Numbered from the stretch's first letter, positions 29,100 to 39,489 are shown. The stretch is 64,000 bases of DNA from a virus (IMGVR_UViG_2877948078_000003), one strand, 5' to 3'. Numbers and translations: made by a program. The notes: generated by a model from the letters alone, not told the origin.

Positions 29100-30444
29100 C
29101 ACGCCGGGGCGTGGCTCCTTTCGTGGTGTACCGTTTCTGGTTTATCAGGAACAACGGGAACGGGGCGGACGTAACATTGTACGCCGTGAATATCCTCTGC
29201 GGGAAAGCGGCGGCGCGGATGATTTGGGGCCAAAACTCCCGGAGTTTACATTCACGGCTCTTGTGATCGGCGATGATCTTCAGACGCAGCGAAGCCGCCT
29301 GCGGGATGCGCTGCGGGCACCCGGTGCCGGTGAACTGATGCACCCGGATTACGGCACCTTAAACGTGCTGATAAACAGCTTTGAAAGCCGTTATAACGCC
29401 AGCGAACAGGGAACGGTTGAGTTCACAATCAACGTGATCCCCGCCTGTGATGATACCGCACCGGCGGTGGCTGAAGACACGGCTGCCGTTCTGGAGCAGA
29501 AAAGCGGTTCAGCAATGAATCAGTTGTTTAACACGCTTTCAGACGGCTGGACAGTGATTTCAGACGGCCTGCATGATGTGCAGGCCATGACCGACACCAT
29601 CAGCGATAAAATTGATGCGCTGGAGAATGCCGTTTCGGGAATGGGGATTGTGCAGGATATCAGTGCCTTTACGGCCAGTTTCACTGCCCTGAAAGGGAAT
29701 GCTGCCGCCCTGATTAATTCGCCCCGTCGCATGGCTGAATCTCTGGCCGGAATGTTTGCGGTGCTGACGGGACTGCCCGGCGATCCTTCCCTGTCACTGA
29801 CCGGGAAGGCCGCAACGCCGTCCGGCAGCCTGACCACAAACCGTGACAGCATGACAGAGCAGGCAATGCCGCAACTGTACCGCACACTTTCTTCCCTGCG
29901 TTATACCCTCAGCGGGCAGGATGATCCGCAGATCCTGATTGGTCTGACGCCTGCGGCACAGAAAAATATCTGTCTTCTGCGGACAGTCATGCAGAGCGCA
30001 ACCCTGGTGTCACAGGCGCAGACGGTAGGAAAACTGCTGGATCAGGTCGTCCGGCAGAGTGCGACGCACGTTCAGGATACTGACCGGGAGGGCGGACTGG
30101 CCTGGCTGGAAAGTTCTGCCGATGTGCAGCGGCTCAACCGGGATTTGAGTGATGCCCTGGAACAACAGGTGCTGGATTTGTCCGCACAGGGCCATACCGG
30201 AACCGCCCTTGCATTACGTGATGCCAGGCTTGCGCTGACAGAGGATTTAACAACGCGTAGCGTGCATCTTCCCGGCGCTTCTCAGGTCATGGTGCGAACC
30301 ACCGAACCGGCACTGGTCACGCTGTACCGTGCCACCGGCAACAGCCGTCGCTGGCAGTATTTTGTCCGCAGGAACAACATCCCTGATCCGGTTTTTGTTC
30401 CTGGTGGTCGCAGTGTGGAGGTGATCAGTGAGCAGCATGATTGA
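29086..30444 (+). CDS. Mu N-like DNA circularisation / tail protein (gp43)
   Basis: 452 aa; order after tape measure. Confidence 0.7.
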   Translation: MASTDTPGRGSFRGVPFLVYQEQRERGGRNIVRREYPLRESGGADDLGPKLPEFTFTALVIGDDLQTQRSRLRDALRAPGAGELMHPDYGTLNVLINSFESRYNASEQGTVEFTINVIPACDDTAPAVAEDTAAVLEQKSGSAMNQLFNTLSDGWTVISDGLHDVQAMTDTISDKIDALENAVSGMGIVQDISAFTASFTALKGNAAALINSPRRMAESLAGMFAVLTGLPGDPSLSLTGKAATPSGSLTTNRDSMTEQAMPQLYRTLSSLRYTLSGQDDPQILIGLTPAAQKNICLLRTVMQSATLVSQAQTVGKLLDQVVRQSATHVQDTDREGGLAWLESSADVQRLNRDLSDALEQQVLDLSAQGHTGTALALRDARLALTEDLTTRSVHLPGASQVMVRTTEPALVTLYRATGNSRRWQYFVRRNNIPDPVFVPGGRSVEVISEQHD

Positions 30445-31555
30445 GCTGTATATTGGTGGCAGTATTTTTTCCGGCTGGCTGACAGTAAGCGTCCGTCGTT
30501 CTCTGGAGCATCTGGCCGGGTCGTTTGAACTGGGGCTGATGCTGCCCGGTGAGCGCATCCCCTCAGCCCTGCGGACCGGTCAGTCCCTGACGCTCAGAAT
30601 TAACGGGCAGACGGTCATCAGTGGCTGGCTGGATCAGGTCAGTCAGCGGATCAGTGCAACCCGTCATCAGATCAGCATCAGCGGTCGGGATAAAACCGGC
30701 GACCTGGTGGACTGTGCCGCCATCCATCCCGGCAGTCAGTGGCGAAACCGGACGCTGGCACAGATTGCCGCAGATTTATGTGCGCCCTTCGGAATAGCCG
30801 TGCGCTGGCAGGTTAACGACGACACGGCTGCACGCCCCTTCAGCTCTTTTACCCTGGAAAACTCAGAAACCGTGGCGGATGCGCTGACCCGTGCGGCCCG
30901 GCATCGTGGGGTGCTGGTGACCAGTAATGCTGACGGCGATCTGGTGTTCACCCAGGCAGGAAATCAGCAGACGGACAGACTGGTGCTGGGGGAAAACCTG
31001 CTTGATGCCGATTACAACACGGACTGGCGCGGACGATACAGCGAATACCGTGTCCGGGGGCATGGACGCGGTGGTGGCAAACGGGGAGACAGCGAATCCG
31101 CCGCCCGGCTGGCGGCCCCTGTGGGTGTCATCAGTGATGATCAGATCGGTCGCTACCGGCCGAAAATCATCCTCGCCGATCAGCAGACAGACACCACCGG
31201 TGCACGGCAGCGCGCCCTGCGGGAGATGCGCCGTGCGGTTGCCCGTTCAGAGCGGTTTTCCGCCACCGTGCGTGGCTGGTTCCGGGATGATGGCCGGTTA
31301 TGGGATGTCAATCTGCTGACCGGTGTTTCGGCCCTGCGTTTCGGTATCGAACAGACTGAGCTGCTGGTCTGCCAGGTGGAGTTTTTACTGGATGAACAGA
31401 ACGGGGAAGTCACCCGGCTGGTCCTGGCACCGCGTGACGGCTTTATCGTTCCGGCAGAGCCGGACAGCAAAGGCCGTGGCGGTGGTTACGGTGACGATGT
31501 TGATGCCTTTATTCGCCAGCAGATGAAAAAACAGGGGATCAGCTTTGATGAATGA
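30428..31555 (+). CDS. Mu P-like tail/baseplate hub protein (gp44)
   Basis: 375 aa (Mu P ~379 aa); order. Confidence 0.75.
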   Translation: MSSMIELYIGGSIFSGWLTVSVRRSLEHLAGSFELGLMLPGERIPSALRTGQSLTLRINGQTVISGWLDQVSQRISATRHQISISGRDKTGDLVDCAAIHPGSQWRNRTLAQIAADLCAPFGIAVRWQVNDDTAARPFSSFTLENSETVADALTRAARHRGVLVTSNADGDLVFTQAGNQQTDRLVLGENLLDADYNTDWRGRYSEYRVRGHGRGGGKRGDSESAARLAAPVGVISDDQIGRYRPKIILADQQTDTTGARQRALREMRRAVARSERFSATVRGWFRDDGRLWDVNLLTGVSALRFGIEQTELLVCQVEFLLDEQNGEVTRLVLAPRDGFIVPAEPDSKGRGGGYGDDVDAFIRQQMKKQGISFDE

Positions 31556-32159
31556 TGAAGTGTTCAGCCGCCTGATTGCCCCGGTAACGCGCGGCATTCG
31601 CCTGTTGTTTGGCCGGGGCGTTCTGACCGGCACACATGACGAACTGAAAATGCAGAATGTGCAGCTCACCGGCATGGACGGCGAAACCTTTGATGATGTG
31701 GAGCGTCCCCAGCAGTACGGGCAGATCAGCGTTCCCCTGCCGGGTGCGGAAACCTTTTTTGCCTGTCTGGGCGGGCAGCGTGATCAGACCGTGGTGCTTG
31801 TGGTGGAAGACCGCCGCAGTCGCCCGACCGGACTCACTGCCGGAGATACCGGCGTGTATCACCATGAGGGACACCGTATACGTCTTACCCGCGACGGGAG
31901 GATCATCGTGACCTGTAAGACGCTGGAGATTTACGCCGATGAAGGTGTTCAGGTGGATACACCGGAAGCCACTTTTACGGGCAATGTCACGGTGGATAAA
32001 AACCTGCATATCAAAGGTAATCTGACCATTGACGGCACAGGAAAATCACAGGGTACGTTCACGATGTCCGAGGCTGTTATTGCCGGAATCACCTATTCCG
32101 GCCATGTACATCATGATAACGGTGAAGGCAGTAAGACAGGAGCGCCGGAGAATGGCTGA
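31545..32159 (+). CDS. Baseplate assembly protein V / spike (Mu gp45-like)
   Basis: 204 aa; order and size. Confidence 0.7.
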   Translation: MMNDEVFSRLIAPVTRGIRLLFGRGVLTGTHDELKMQNVQLTGMDGETFDDVERPQQYGQISVPLPGAETFFACLGGQRDQTVVLVVEDRRSRPTGLTAGDTGVYHHEGHRIRLTRDGRIIVTCKTLEIYADEGVQVDTPEATFTGNVTVDKNLHIKGNLTIDGTGKSQGTFTMSEAVIAGITYSGHVHHDNGEGSKTGAPENG

Positions 32160-32589
32160 TATTGCAATTGTGTGGGATAAGGGATGCGGTTCGCTGCAAC
32201 TGAACGGTGCAGACCTGCTGACAGATGACAGCCTGATGACAGCGGTTCTGATTTCACTGTTCACTGACCGCCGGGCACTGACGTCGGATGAAATCCCTGA
32301 TGGCACTCGTGACCGCCGGGGATGGTGGGGAGACAGCTTTCGCCAGCGTCCCATTGGCTCCCGTCTGTGGCTTCTCAGCCGGGAAAAAACGCTGGCCTCT
32401 GTGATAAGCCGTGCCCGTGCCTACGCGGATGAGGCGCTGGGCTGGCTCAGTCAGGATGGCGTGGCGTCATCCGTGGTCTGTCATGCAGAACGTGTGGGGC
32501 ACGCGCGGCTGGCGCTTTCGGTGCGCATAACCCTGCCTGATGGTTCGGTAAGACCCATGATTTTTTATGCTGATCTTAAGGGGGAGTAA
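32152..32589 (+). CDS. Baseplate protein (Mu gp46 / W-like)
   Basis: 145 aa from ATG at 32152 (longer upstream ORF disregarded); order and size match Mu gp46. Confidence 0.7.
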   Translation: MADIAIVWDKGCGSLQLNGADLLTDDSLMTAVLISLFTDRRALTSDEIPDGTRDRRGWWGDSFRQRPIGSRLWLLSREKTLASVISRARAYADEALGWLSQDGVASSVVCHAERVGHARLALSVRITLPDGSVRPMIFYADLKGE

Positions 32590-33671
32590 TGCCTTATCAG
32601 CCTTTACCGCTGGCACAGTTAATCACGCAGACACAGCAGGATATCAGCCAGCGTCTTCCCGGTTCGCAGCCGGGCGTGAATGAAACCACCCTGAATGCCA
32701 TTGCGTATGCTCAGGCAGGATTGTCTGCACAGGAGCATGAACATCTGGCCTGGATTGCACGTCAGATCATCCCGACAGAAGCCGATGAAGCCGAGTTGCT
32801 GAAGCACTGCGCTTTCTGGGGTGTCATGCGTAAACCCGCCTCACGGGGTGACGGGCCGGTTCAGCTGATGCTGACCACGGATGCGGGGATCACGGAAGGT
32901 GTGCTTCTCCAGCGCAGTGACGGCGTGGTTTACCGCATCACCTCCTCACTGACCGGTAAAGCCGGTACGCTGAATGTCAGTGTGGAGGCCGAAAGTGCCG
33001 GTCGTGCGGGAAATGCCCCGGCAGGGACGAAACTGACGTTTGTCACTCCGCAGGCGGGGATCAACCAGACGGCCACGGTGACCGGAACAGGGATCACCGG
33101 TGGTGCGGATGTGGAAACGGTGCCGGAGCTGCTTTCCCGTCTGGTTTTCCGGGTGCAGAATCCGCCGTCCGGCGGTACACAGTACGATTTTGAACGCTGG
33201 GCGCGTGAAGTGCCGGGGGTGACGCGGGCATGGTGCCGCCCGGAATGGCCGCAGGCGGGCTGCGTGGGGGTGACGTTCGTTCAGGACAACAACCCGGACA
33301 TTTTTCCCGGTGAAGGTGATGTGAAACGTGTGGCGGATTATATCCGCAGTCATGATGATCCGGCGACCGGTCAGCCTGTCGGTCAGCCGCTGGGGCCGAC
33401 GGTGACCGTGTTTAAACTGACCAATAAGCCAGTGCCCTTCAGTATCAGGATCATCCCGAAAACACCGGAGAATCAGGCGGCAGTAAAACAGGCACTGACC
33501 GACCTGTTATACAACGAATCCCGCCCCGGCGGTCTGGTTCTGGCGTCGTCTTTCTGGCGTGCCGTGGCGGGGGTGAAAAATCTGGAGGATTTTGAAGTGC
33601 GCAGCCCGCTGACGTCGGTTCAGGCGGGAGACAGCGAGCTGCTGACAGTGGGGGAAATCACATGGCTGTAA
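32589..33671 (+). CDS. Baseplate J-like protein (Mu gp47)
   Basis: 360 aa; order and size. Confidence 0.8.
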   Translation: MPYQPLPLAQLITQTQQDISQRLPGSQPGVNETTLNAIAYAQAGLSAQEHEHLAWIARQIIPTEADEAELLKHCAFWGVMRKPASRGDGPVQLMLTTDAGITEGVLLQRSDGVVYRITSSLTGKAGTLNVSVEAESAGRAGNAPAGTKLTFVTPQAGINQTATVTGTGITGGADVETVPELLSRLVFRVQNPPSGGTQYDFERWAREVPGVTRAWCRPEWPQAGCVGVTFVQDNNPDIFPGEGDVKRVADYIRSHDDPATGQPVGQPLGPTVTVFKLTNKPVPFSIRIIPKTPENQAAVKQALTDLLYNESRPGGLVLASSFWRAVAGVKNLEDFEVRSPLTSVQAGDSELLTVGEITWL

Positions 33672-34222
33672 CCCTCACTCCGCATCAGCGCGCCCTGTTG
33701 CAGTTGCTGCCTGACGGACTGGCCTGGGACAAGCGGCCGTCATCCGTACTGGCTGCGTTATGCCTTGGCCTCAGCCATTCCACCGAACGTGTTGCATGGA
33801 CGGGAAAACAACTGCTGGCAGAACGTTTCCCTGACAGTTCCCGTCTGCTTCTGGAAGACTGGGAGCGTTATCTCGGCCTTCCCGAGTGTGATATGGCCGG
33901 AGCCACCATCACAGAACGACAGCGTTATGCCGGGAATAAATACCGGATGAAACCTTCGCTGAACCGTGAATTTTATATCCGGTTTGCGGCAGAGTTTGGT
34001 TATGAAATAGATATTCAGCCATCACCGTATTCACAGTGGGTCAGTATTGTCACGATAAACAGTGAAACCGGCTACCGGAATATGAATGTGCTGGATGATA
34101 TTCTCACCCCGCTGCGTATTTATGAGGGCGGTGCGCTGGAATGTATTCTGAACCGTTATAAGCCTGCATGGCAGACGTTTATTTACGTGTATGCAAACAG
34201 TCACGAGGAGGAGAATATTTAA
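33662..34222 (+). CDS. Tail protein (Mu gp48-like)
   Basis: 186 aa; directly upstream of the tail fibre gene. Confidence 0.65.
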   Translation: MAVTLTPHQRALLQLLPDGLAWDKRPSSVLAALCLGLSHSTERVAWTGKQLLAERFPDSSRLLLEDWERYLGLPECDMAGATITERQRYAGNKYRMKPSLNREFYIRFAAEFGYEIDIQPSPYSQWVSIVTINSETGYRNMNVLDDILTPLRIYEGGALECILNRYKPAWQTFIYVYANSHEEENI

Positions 34223-35082
34223 TGTTTCATGTTGATAATAATTCCGGCGTGGCGAATATGCCTGCGCTGGCACCGGCGCAGAGTAATACCACCGCCTGGT
34301 TTACCGAAGGTGACGGACAAAAAGGTATCAGCTGGATTGGTCAGGACTGGCTGAATATTCTCCAGGCCGAACTGCTGAATATTCTGGCTGAAGCCAGTAT
34401 TCAGCCGGATAAGGCGCAGTTAAACCAGCTTACGCTGTCTATTAAAGCCATTATCGCTGCGAATGCTTTTTCCCGGAAAAATAACCTGAAAGAAATTGCT
34501 GATGCCGGTGCGGATGCTCAGCGTCTGGCCCGTGGTTATCTTGGTCTGGGGACGCTTGCCACAAAAAACAGTCTTGGTCCCGGTGACGTTAATGCCCTGG
34601 CGAAGGTTCAGAATCTCGCCGACCTGGAGAATAAGGGAACCGCCCGTAATAATCTGGATGTTTACAGCAAGAGCGAAGGTGATAACCGTTACCTGCGCAG
34701 GGAGCAGCACGGCGCAGACATTCCGAATAAAGGGGCTTTTATCGATAACCTCGGTTTACGGGATACGGTAAACAGGGCTGCGAATGCCCTGCCATCAAAC
34801 GGTACGGCTGTTGCAGCAAGCAGGCTGGCAAATACCCGCAGAATCAATGGTGTCGCCTTTGACGGGACGCAGGATATAAACATCACATCCGGCATAACTC
34901 AGAGGGATGCTGATGCCCGATATGTTCAGAACGTAATGCTGGGTGCAAGTGCGCGGACAGAGACAACAGCACCAGCTGGATGTGTTGTAACATTTGTGGA
35001 TGGTGGCAGTAAAATGGAGTTTATAATGTATAAGCCTGTTCAAATATATATCGGGGGAGCATGGAGAACAATCTCTGGCTGA
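34222..35082 (+). CDS. S: Tail fibre protein S (constant part plus variable tip in the current orientation)
   Basis: 287 aa from ATG 34222; the gix crossover site lies inside the gene at 34739-34764; C-terminal [17 protein letters not shown] tip. Confidence 0.7.
   Translation: MFHVDNNSGVANMPALAPAQSNTTAWFTEGDGQKGISWIGQDWLNILQAELLNILAEASIQPDKAQLNQLTLSIKAIIAANAFSRKNNLKEIADAGADAQRLARGYLGLGTLATKNSLGPGDVNALAKVQNLADLENKGTARNNLDVYSKSEGDNRYLRREQHGADIPNKGAFIDNLGLRDTVNRAANALPSNGTAVAASRLANTRRINGVAFDGTQDINITSGITQRDADARYVQNVMLGASARTETTAPAGCVVTFVDGGSKMEFIMYKPVQIYIGGAWRTISG
34739..34764. promoter_or_regulatory. gix-L recombination site (Gin/Hin-type 12-2-12 crossover site)
   Basis: TTATCGATAACC-TC-GGTTTACGGGAT resembles the Mu gix / Hin hix consensus; inverted copy at 36094-36119. 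Confidence 0.65.
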
Positions 35083-35168
35083 TTTTTATTTATTCTGCGA
35101 AGCATCAGTAATACCCGCAGACAAAAAAATATATCATCGGCGGGGTTTATATAAAATACAGGTGAAAA

Positions 35169-35690
35169 ATGGAACTAATCAACGTTAAGCGATATAACCC
35201 GGAACACAAACCCTATGGTGAGAATGTTCAGTATTTCCAGAGTGAGGACGGAAGGGATTTTTATGAATCTATCCCGCTTTTCACAAAGAAATACAAACTC
35301 TGTATTTCGCCTGTAACGGGTATTATCTGCTCTGTTGCTGAAGATGTCTCTGCTTTATATCCGGCAGGTTTTACTGTTGTTGAAGTGGACGAACTGCCGG
35401 AAGGTGTGAATATTGACGGTAACTGGCAGTTTTCTGATGGCCTGATATCAAAGGTGCCGGTAAACTGGAAGACGGTTGCTGAAAATCGCCGCTCATCGCT
35501 GCTCCAGGAGGCCAACGGAACCGTGGATGACTGGAAAACAGAATTAAAACTGGACATGATTAGCGATGAAAATAAATTAAAGCTGACGCGCTGGATGGCG
35601 TATATCCGACAGCTTAAAGAAATGCACTTTAATGATATTGCCAGTGAGGGGCATTACCAGGCGATTCCCTGGCCGGAAAAACCGGAATAA
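35169..35690 (+). CDS. U: Tail fibre assembly protein (U / Tfa-like)
   Basis: 173 aa immediately after S; Tfa-like N-terminus. Confidence 0.7.
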   Translation: MELINVKRYNPEHKPYGENVQYFQSEDGRDFYESIPLFTKKYKLCISPVTGIICSVAEDVSALYPAGFTVVEVDELPEGVNIDGNWQFSDGLISKVPVNWKTVAENRRSSLLQEANGTVDDWKTELKLDMISDENKLKLTRWMAYIRQLKEMHFNDIASEGHYQAIPWPEKPE

Positions 35691-35724
35691 TTCAGAGGGT
35701 GCATTCAGCACCCTTTTCTGTGGT

Positions 35725-36105
35725 TTACACTGAACTCACCGTTCTCCAGGCATTATTAATATAAATCTGAACCGGGCGATAATAGACCCCACCGATATTA
35801 TCCGCAGACCGGGAGCCGGTATCCTGTACATGAATACCGGAAAGCATACAACCTGCTGGTGTTTTATAATCCCAGGTGACTTCATTACCCGCAGGAGAGT
35901 GGCGGCTCTGAGCACCAAGTTGCACATTACGAACATATCTGCCGTCTGCTGTAGCCTGGGTCATACCGGATGTAATAGTGATGTCTTTTGTGCCATCGAA
36001 CGCAACACCATTAATTTTACGTGCCGCAGACAGCTTGTTTGCCGCTACGGCTGTACCATTCGATGGCAGGGCATTTGCAGCCCTGTTTACCGTTTCCCGT
36101 AAACC
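35725..36105 (-). CDS. Alternative tail-fibre C-terminal segment S' (expressed only after inversion; no own start codon)
   Basis: Minus-strand frame open from gix-R down to the stop at 35725; after inversion it fuses in frame to the S constant part; ends YRPVQIYINNAWRTVSSV, paralogous to the S tip. Confidence 0.55.
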   Translation of the reverse strand, partial: GLRETVNRAANALPSNGTAVAANKLSAARKINGVAFDGTKDITITSGMTQATADGRYVRNVQLGAQSRHSPAGNEVTWDYKTPAGCMLSGIHVQDTGSRSADNIGGVYYRPVQIYINNAWRTVSSV

Positions 36106-36119
36106 GAGGTTTCAGGGAT
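36094..36119. promoter_or_regulatory. gix-R recombination site
   Basis: TTCCCGTAAACC-GA-GGTTTCAGGGAT, inverted relative to gix-L. Confidence 0.65.
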
Positions 36120-36173
36120 GCCGTATATCTGCTTTAAAAGGCCTTTCCACCTCTTTTTAAGGAAGGTAAATAC

Positions 36174-36734
36174 ATGCTGATTGGCTATATACGCGTATCA
36201 ACAAATGACCAGAACACAGGTTTACAAAGAAATGCGCTGGAATGTGCAGGATGTGAGCAGATTTTTGAAGATAAAATGAGCGGAAACACAACGCAGCGAC
36301 CGGGACTGAAGCGGGCACTGAAGAAACTAAAACCCGGTGACACACTGATGGTCTGGAAACTGGACAGGCTGGGGCGCAGTATGCGCCACCTTGTTGCGCT
36401 GACAGATGAATTACAGCAACAGGGGATAAATTTTCGTAGTCTTACTGACAACATTGATACGTCAACCCCCATGGGGCGCTTCTTTTTTCACATAATGGGT
36501 GCGCTGGCAGAAATGGAGCGTGAATTAATTGTCGAACGGACACGGGCTGGTCTTGCAGCTGCCCGTGAAAGGGGACGAACCGGCGGCAGACCCCGCCGTC
36601 TCACGCAGGAACAATACGAGCAGGTTGGGCGTTTACTGGCCGGGGGTGTCAGTCGAAGACAGGTGGCACTTATTTTTGATATCGGCCTTTCAACCCTTTA
36701 TCGTTATTATCCTGCGAGCGTTTCGGAAAAATAA
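36174..36734 (+). CDS. gin: Serine DNA invertase (Gin/Hin/Pin family)
   Basis: 186 aa; N-terminal MLIGYIRVSTNDQ catalytic-serine motif; C-terminal HTH; adjacent to gix-R. Confidence 0.9.
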   Translation: MLIGYIRVSTNDQNTGLQRNALECAGCEQIFEDKMSGNTTQRPGLKRALKKLKPGDTLMVWKLDRLGRSMRHLVALTDELQQQGINFRSLTDNIDTSTPMGRFFFHIMGALAEMERELIVERTRAGLAAARERGRTGGRPRRLTQEQYEQVGRLLAGGVSRRQVALIFDIGLSTLYRYYPASVSEK

Positions 36735-36833
36735 GACGCTCCCTTTGTTGGGCCTTTACTGAATTAACGCAAAATGGCGTTTATCGGTCTGTGGATATGA
36801 TAATTCTGTTTATTCAGGAACAGGCTGATTATT

Positions 36834-38876
36834 ATGACGTCCAAATGGGTTCAACTATCATCAATGCCCGGAAACTTTACCGTTAAAGTTTCCGGTGGTA
36901 CAGCGGCATTTCTTGAGGCTCCCTTTCCTCCGGCTGAAGCGAAAGGAGGAATGACATTTGCTGACTGTCTCATCAGTTTTAATACACGGGATTGCCTGTG
37001 GGTAAGACCAGTATCCGGTGATCCGAGTGTGGAAATTACCGGAGCGGGTATTGGTGCGGTCATTCCGTTAAGTGCTGATGTTGCCGGTACTGCTGAACCG
37101 TCAGACTGGGATAATGCTGAAACACATACCCGTCCGTCAGGAAATGAAACGGCTTCCAGCTCCCCTTCCTGGTATTACGTGGTGGTTCTTGCTGGTCAGT
37201 CAAACGGTATGGCTTACGGTGAAGGTCTGCCACTGCCGGAGACATATGACCGCCCCGAACCGCGTATTATGCAGTTAGCCCGTCGCAGTACAGTCACGCC
37301 GGGAGGTAAAGCCTGTCAGTATAACGACATCATTCTGGCCGACCACTGTCTGCATGATGTGCAGGATATGAGTGGAAAAAATCACCCGAAAGCGGATGTG
37401 GCTAAAGGGCAATATGGCACCGTGAGTCAGGGGCTTCACATTGCCAAAAAACTGCTGCCGTTTATTCCGGCAGATGCGGGGATTCTGCTGGTTCCCTGCT
37501 GTCGTGGCGGTTCTGCATTCACGGCGGGTGCTGACGGCACGTACAGTGACAGCACGGGTGCTTCAGAGGACTCAGCCCGCTGGGGTGTGGATAAGCCGCT
37601 GTATAAGGACTTAATCAGCCGGACAAAAGCGGCACTGGCGAAGAACCCGAAAAACCGCCTGCTTGCTGTGGTGTGGATGCAGGGCGAGTTTGATATTGAT
37701 GCGAAGCCGACGGAGCATTCTGCGCTGTTTCTGGCGATGGTGGAAAAATTCCGCACAGACCTGGCTGAAAAAGCGGAGCAGTGTATTGGTGGCCGGACTG
37801 AAACTGTGCCGTGGATTTGTGGCGATACCACGTATTTCTGGAAAAAGAAAAATGAACCGGCATATCAGGCAATCTATGGCGGCTACAAAAACAAAACAGA
37901 TAAAAACATTCATTTCGTCCCATTAATGACAGATGAAAATGGCGCGAATGTACCCACCAACAATCCGACAGAAGACCCGGATATTGAATCCATTGGTTAT
38001 TACGGCTCAACGTGGCGTAACAGTGCTGCCACCTGGACATCTGCGGACCGGGCCAGCCATTTCAGTGCCTGGGCGCGCCGGGGAATTATTTCCGACCGTC
38101 TGGCCACGGCTGTTCTGACTCACGCAGGGCGAACCACAGTAAAAGCCGATGTTCCATCTTCTGAAACTGATGCGCCAACGCCGTCACCTTCAGAAGCTGA
38201 AACAGTAACCACAACAACACTGCTGTCTTACCGTGCCAGTGAGTCTGAAGGGAAGCTGACCGAACAGGGCTGGAGTGCAGGTGGAGGTAAAGCGGAAATT
38301 GTTGCCGATGAAGGTGCAACAGGTGGTACCGCGATGAAGCTGAGCAAGGAGACAGGAGTGGGGTCATGGTATCTGGAGCATGATGCCGGCACTGGCGCTG
38401 AACTGCTGAAAAATGGCGGTTTAATCAGCTGCCGCTTTAAGGCATCCGGTGAACTGGTAGCAAATCAGTATGTCATTGCTCTTTACTGGCCGGTTTCCTC
38501 TCTGCCGCAGGGTGTCACCCTGACAGGGGATGCAGGGAATAATCTGCTGGCAGCGTTTTACATCCAGACAGATGCAAAAGACCTGAATGTGATGTACCAC
38601 AATGCGAAGGTGGCGACAAACAACCTGAAACTGGGAAGCTTTGGCGCATTTGATAACGAATGGCATACGCTGGCCTTCCGCTTTGCCGGGAATAACAGCC
38701 TTCAGGTGACGCCGGTTATTGATGGTCAGGATGGCACACCGTTCACGCTGACGCAGTCACCGGTCAGTGCCTTTGCGACGGATAAACTGCATGTGACAGA
38801 CATTACCAAAAATGCGACTTACCCCGTGCTGATTGACAGCATTGTGGTGGAAGTGAAAAAAGCGGTAACAGAATAA
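36834..38876 (+). CDS. nanS-p: NanS-p-type sialate O-acetylesterase (SGNH/DUF303 esterase with C-terminal lectin-like domain), cargo inside the Mu-like prophage
   Basis: 680 aa; central block VVVLAGQSNGMAYGEG ... VVWMQGEFD typical of the NanS family; ~75-85% identical over most of its length to the split host-prophage copy but with a different N-terminal ~130 aa. Confidence 0.8.
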   Translation: MTSKWVQLSSMPGNFTVKVSGGTAAFLEAPFPPAEAKGGMTFADCLISFNTRDCLWVRPVSGDPSVEITGAGIGAVIPLSADVAGTAEPSDWDNAETHTRPSGNETASSSPSWYYVVVLAGQSNGMAYGEGLPLPETYDRPEPRIMQLARRSTVTPGGKACQYNDIILADHCLHDVQDMSGKNHPKADVAKGQYGTVSQGLHIAKKLLPFIPADAGILLVPCCRGGSAFTAGADGTYSDSTGASEDSARWGVDKPLYKDLISRTKAALAKNPKNRLLAVVWMQGEFDIDAKPTEHSALFLAMVEKFRTDLAEKAEQCIGGRTETVPWICGDTTYFWKKKNEPAYQAIYGGYKNKTDKNIHFVPLMTDENGANVPTNNPTEDPDIESIGYYGSTWRNSAATWTSADRASHFSAWARRGIISDRLATAVLTHAGRTTVKADVPSSETDAPTPSPSEAETVTTTTLLSYRASESEGKLTEQGWSAGGGKAEIVADEGATGGTAMKLSKETGVGSWYLEHDAGTGAELLKNGGLISCRFKASGELVANQYVIALYWPVSSLPQGVTLTGDAGNNLLAAFYIQTDAKDLNVMYHNAKVATNNLKLGSFGAFDNEWHTLAFRFAGNNSLQVTPVIDGQDGTPFTLTQSPVSAFATDKLHVTDITKNATYPVLIDSIVVEVKKAVTE

Positions 38877-39025
38877 AAAAAATCCCGCCGGTCATGATAT
38901 GGCTGGCGGGAGCTACCTAACCCATAAAGGAAAATAAAAATACTCCCGAAGGAGTAGTTATCAGTCACTTCGTCATGTTTTTACCCGATAACGAATTATG
39001 TAGTCAATATCAAAGGTAAGGTTAT

Positions 39026-39208
39026 ATGACATTCGTTCATACAATGCTGCTTTATTTCTGCGCTGTGGTCAGTGCGTTATATCTGGTGAGCGGCGGTTAT
39101 AAGGTCATCAGAAATTATATTCGCCGTAAAATTGATGATGCGGCAGCTGAAAAACTCAGTAAAACAGCACAGGCACCGTCATCCCCAAACGACCCGCCCC
39201 CGCTCTGA
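39026..39208 (+). CDS. Hypothetical small membrane protein
   Basis: 60 aa with one TM helix; RBS AAGG upstream; downstream of the esterase. Confidence 0.4.
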   Translation: MTFVHTMLLYFCAVVSALYLVSGGYKVIRNYIRRKIDDAAAEKLSKTAQAPSSPNDPPPL

Positions 39209-39243
39209 TAACGGGGCAATATACCTGCAAAAGGAGAATATTC

Positions 39244-39489
39244 ATGCCAGAGATTAAAGGCACGGTTACTGAAGAGCTTGTCAAACAGGCACTTTATTCT
39301 GAAGAAGTGAACCGCGTGCTGAAGGCGCAGGTTCGCAAGGATTTTGAGGCACAAATCGACGCATATGTTGATGAAGTGCTGGCCCGAATGGTTGGCCGTT
39401 CTCCGGCTGAAAACAGCACGGAAAATGAGCCTCAACCCGTAGAGCAACCAGAGCCGGTTCAGCCCGGAACTGACGGTACTATGATGTAA
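39244..39489 (+). CDS. Hypothetical small acidic protein
   Basis: 81 aa; RBS AAGGAG 6 nt upstream of ATG. Confidence 0.45.
   Translation: MPEIKGTVTEELVKQALYSEEVNRVLKAQVRKDFEAQIDAYVDEVLARMVGRSPAENSTENEPQPVEQPEPVQPGTDGTMM

Larger units (their letters stand above)
34752..36106. mobile_element. Invertible tail-fibre segment (Mu G-segment analogue)
   Basis: Bounded by inverted gix sites; ~110-bp inverted repeats just inside each site; contains S variable part, U, and an oppositely oriented alternative S tip; gin directly downstream. Confidence 0.65.
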
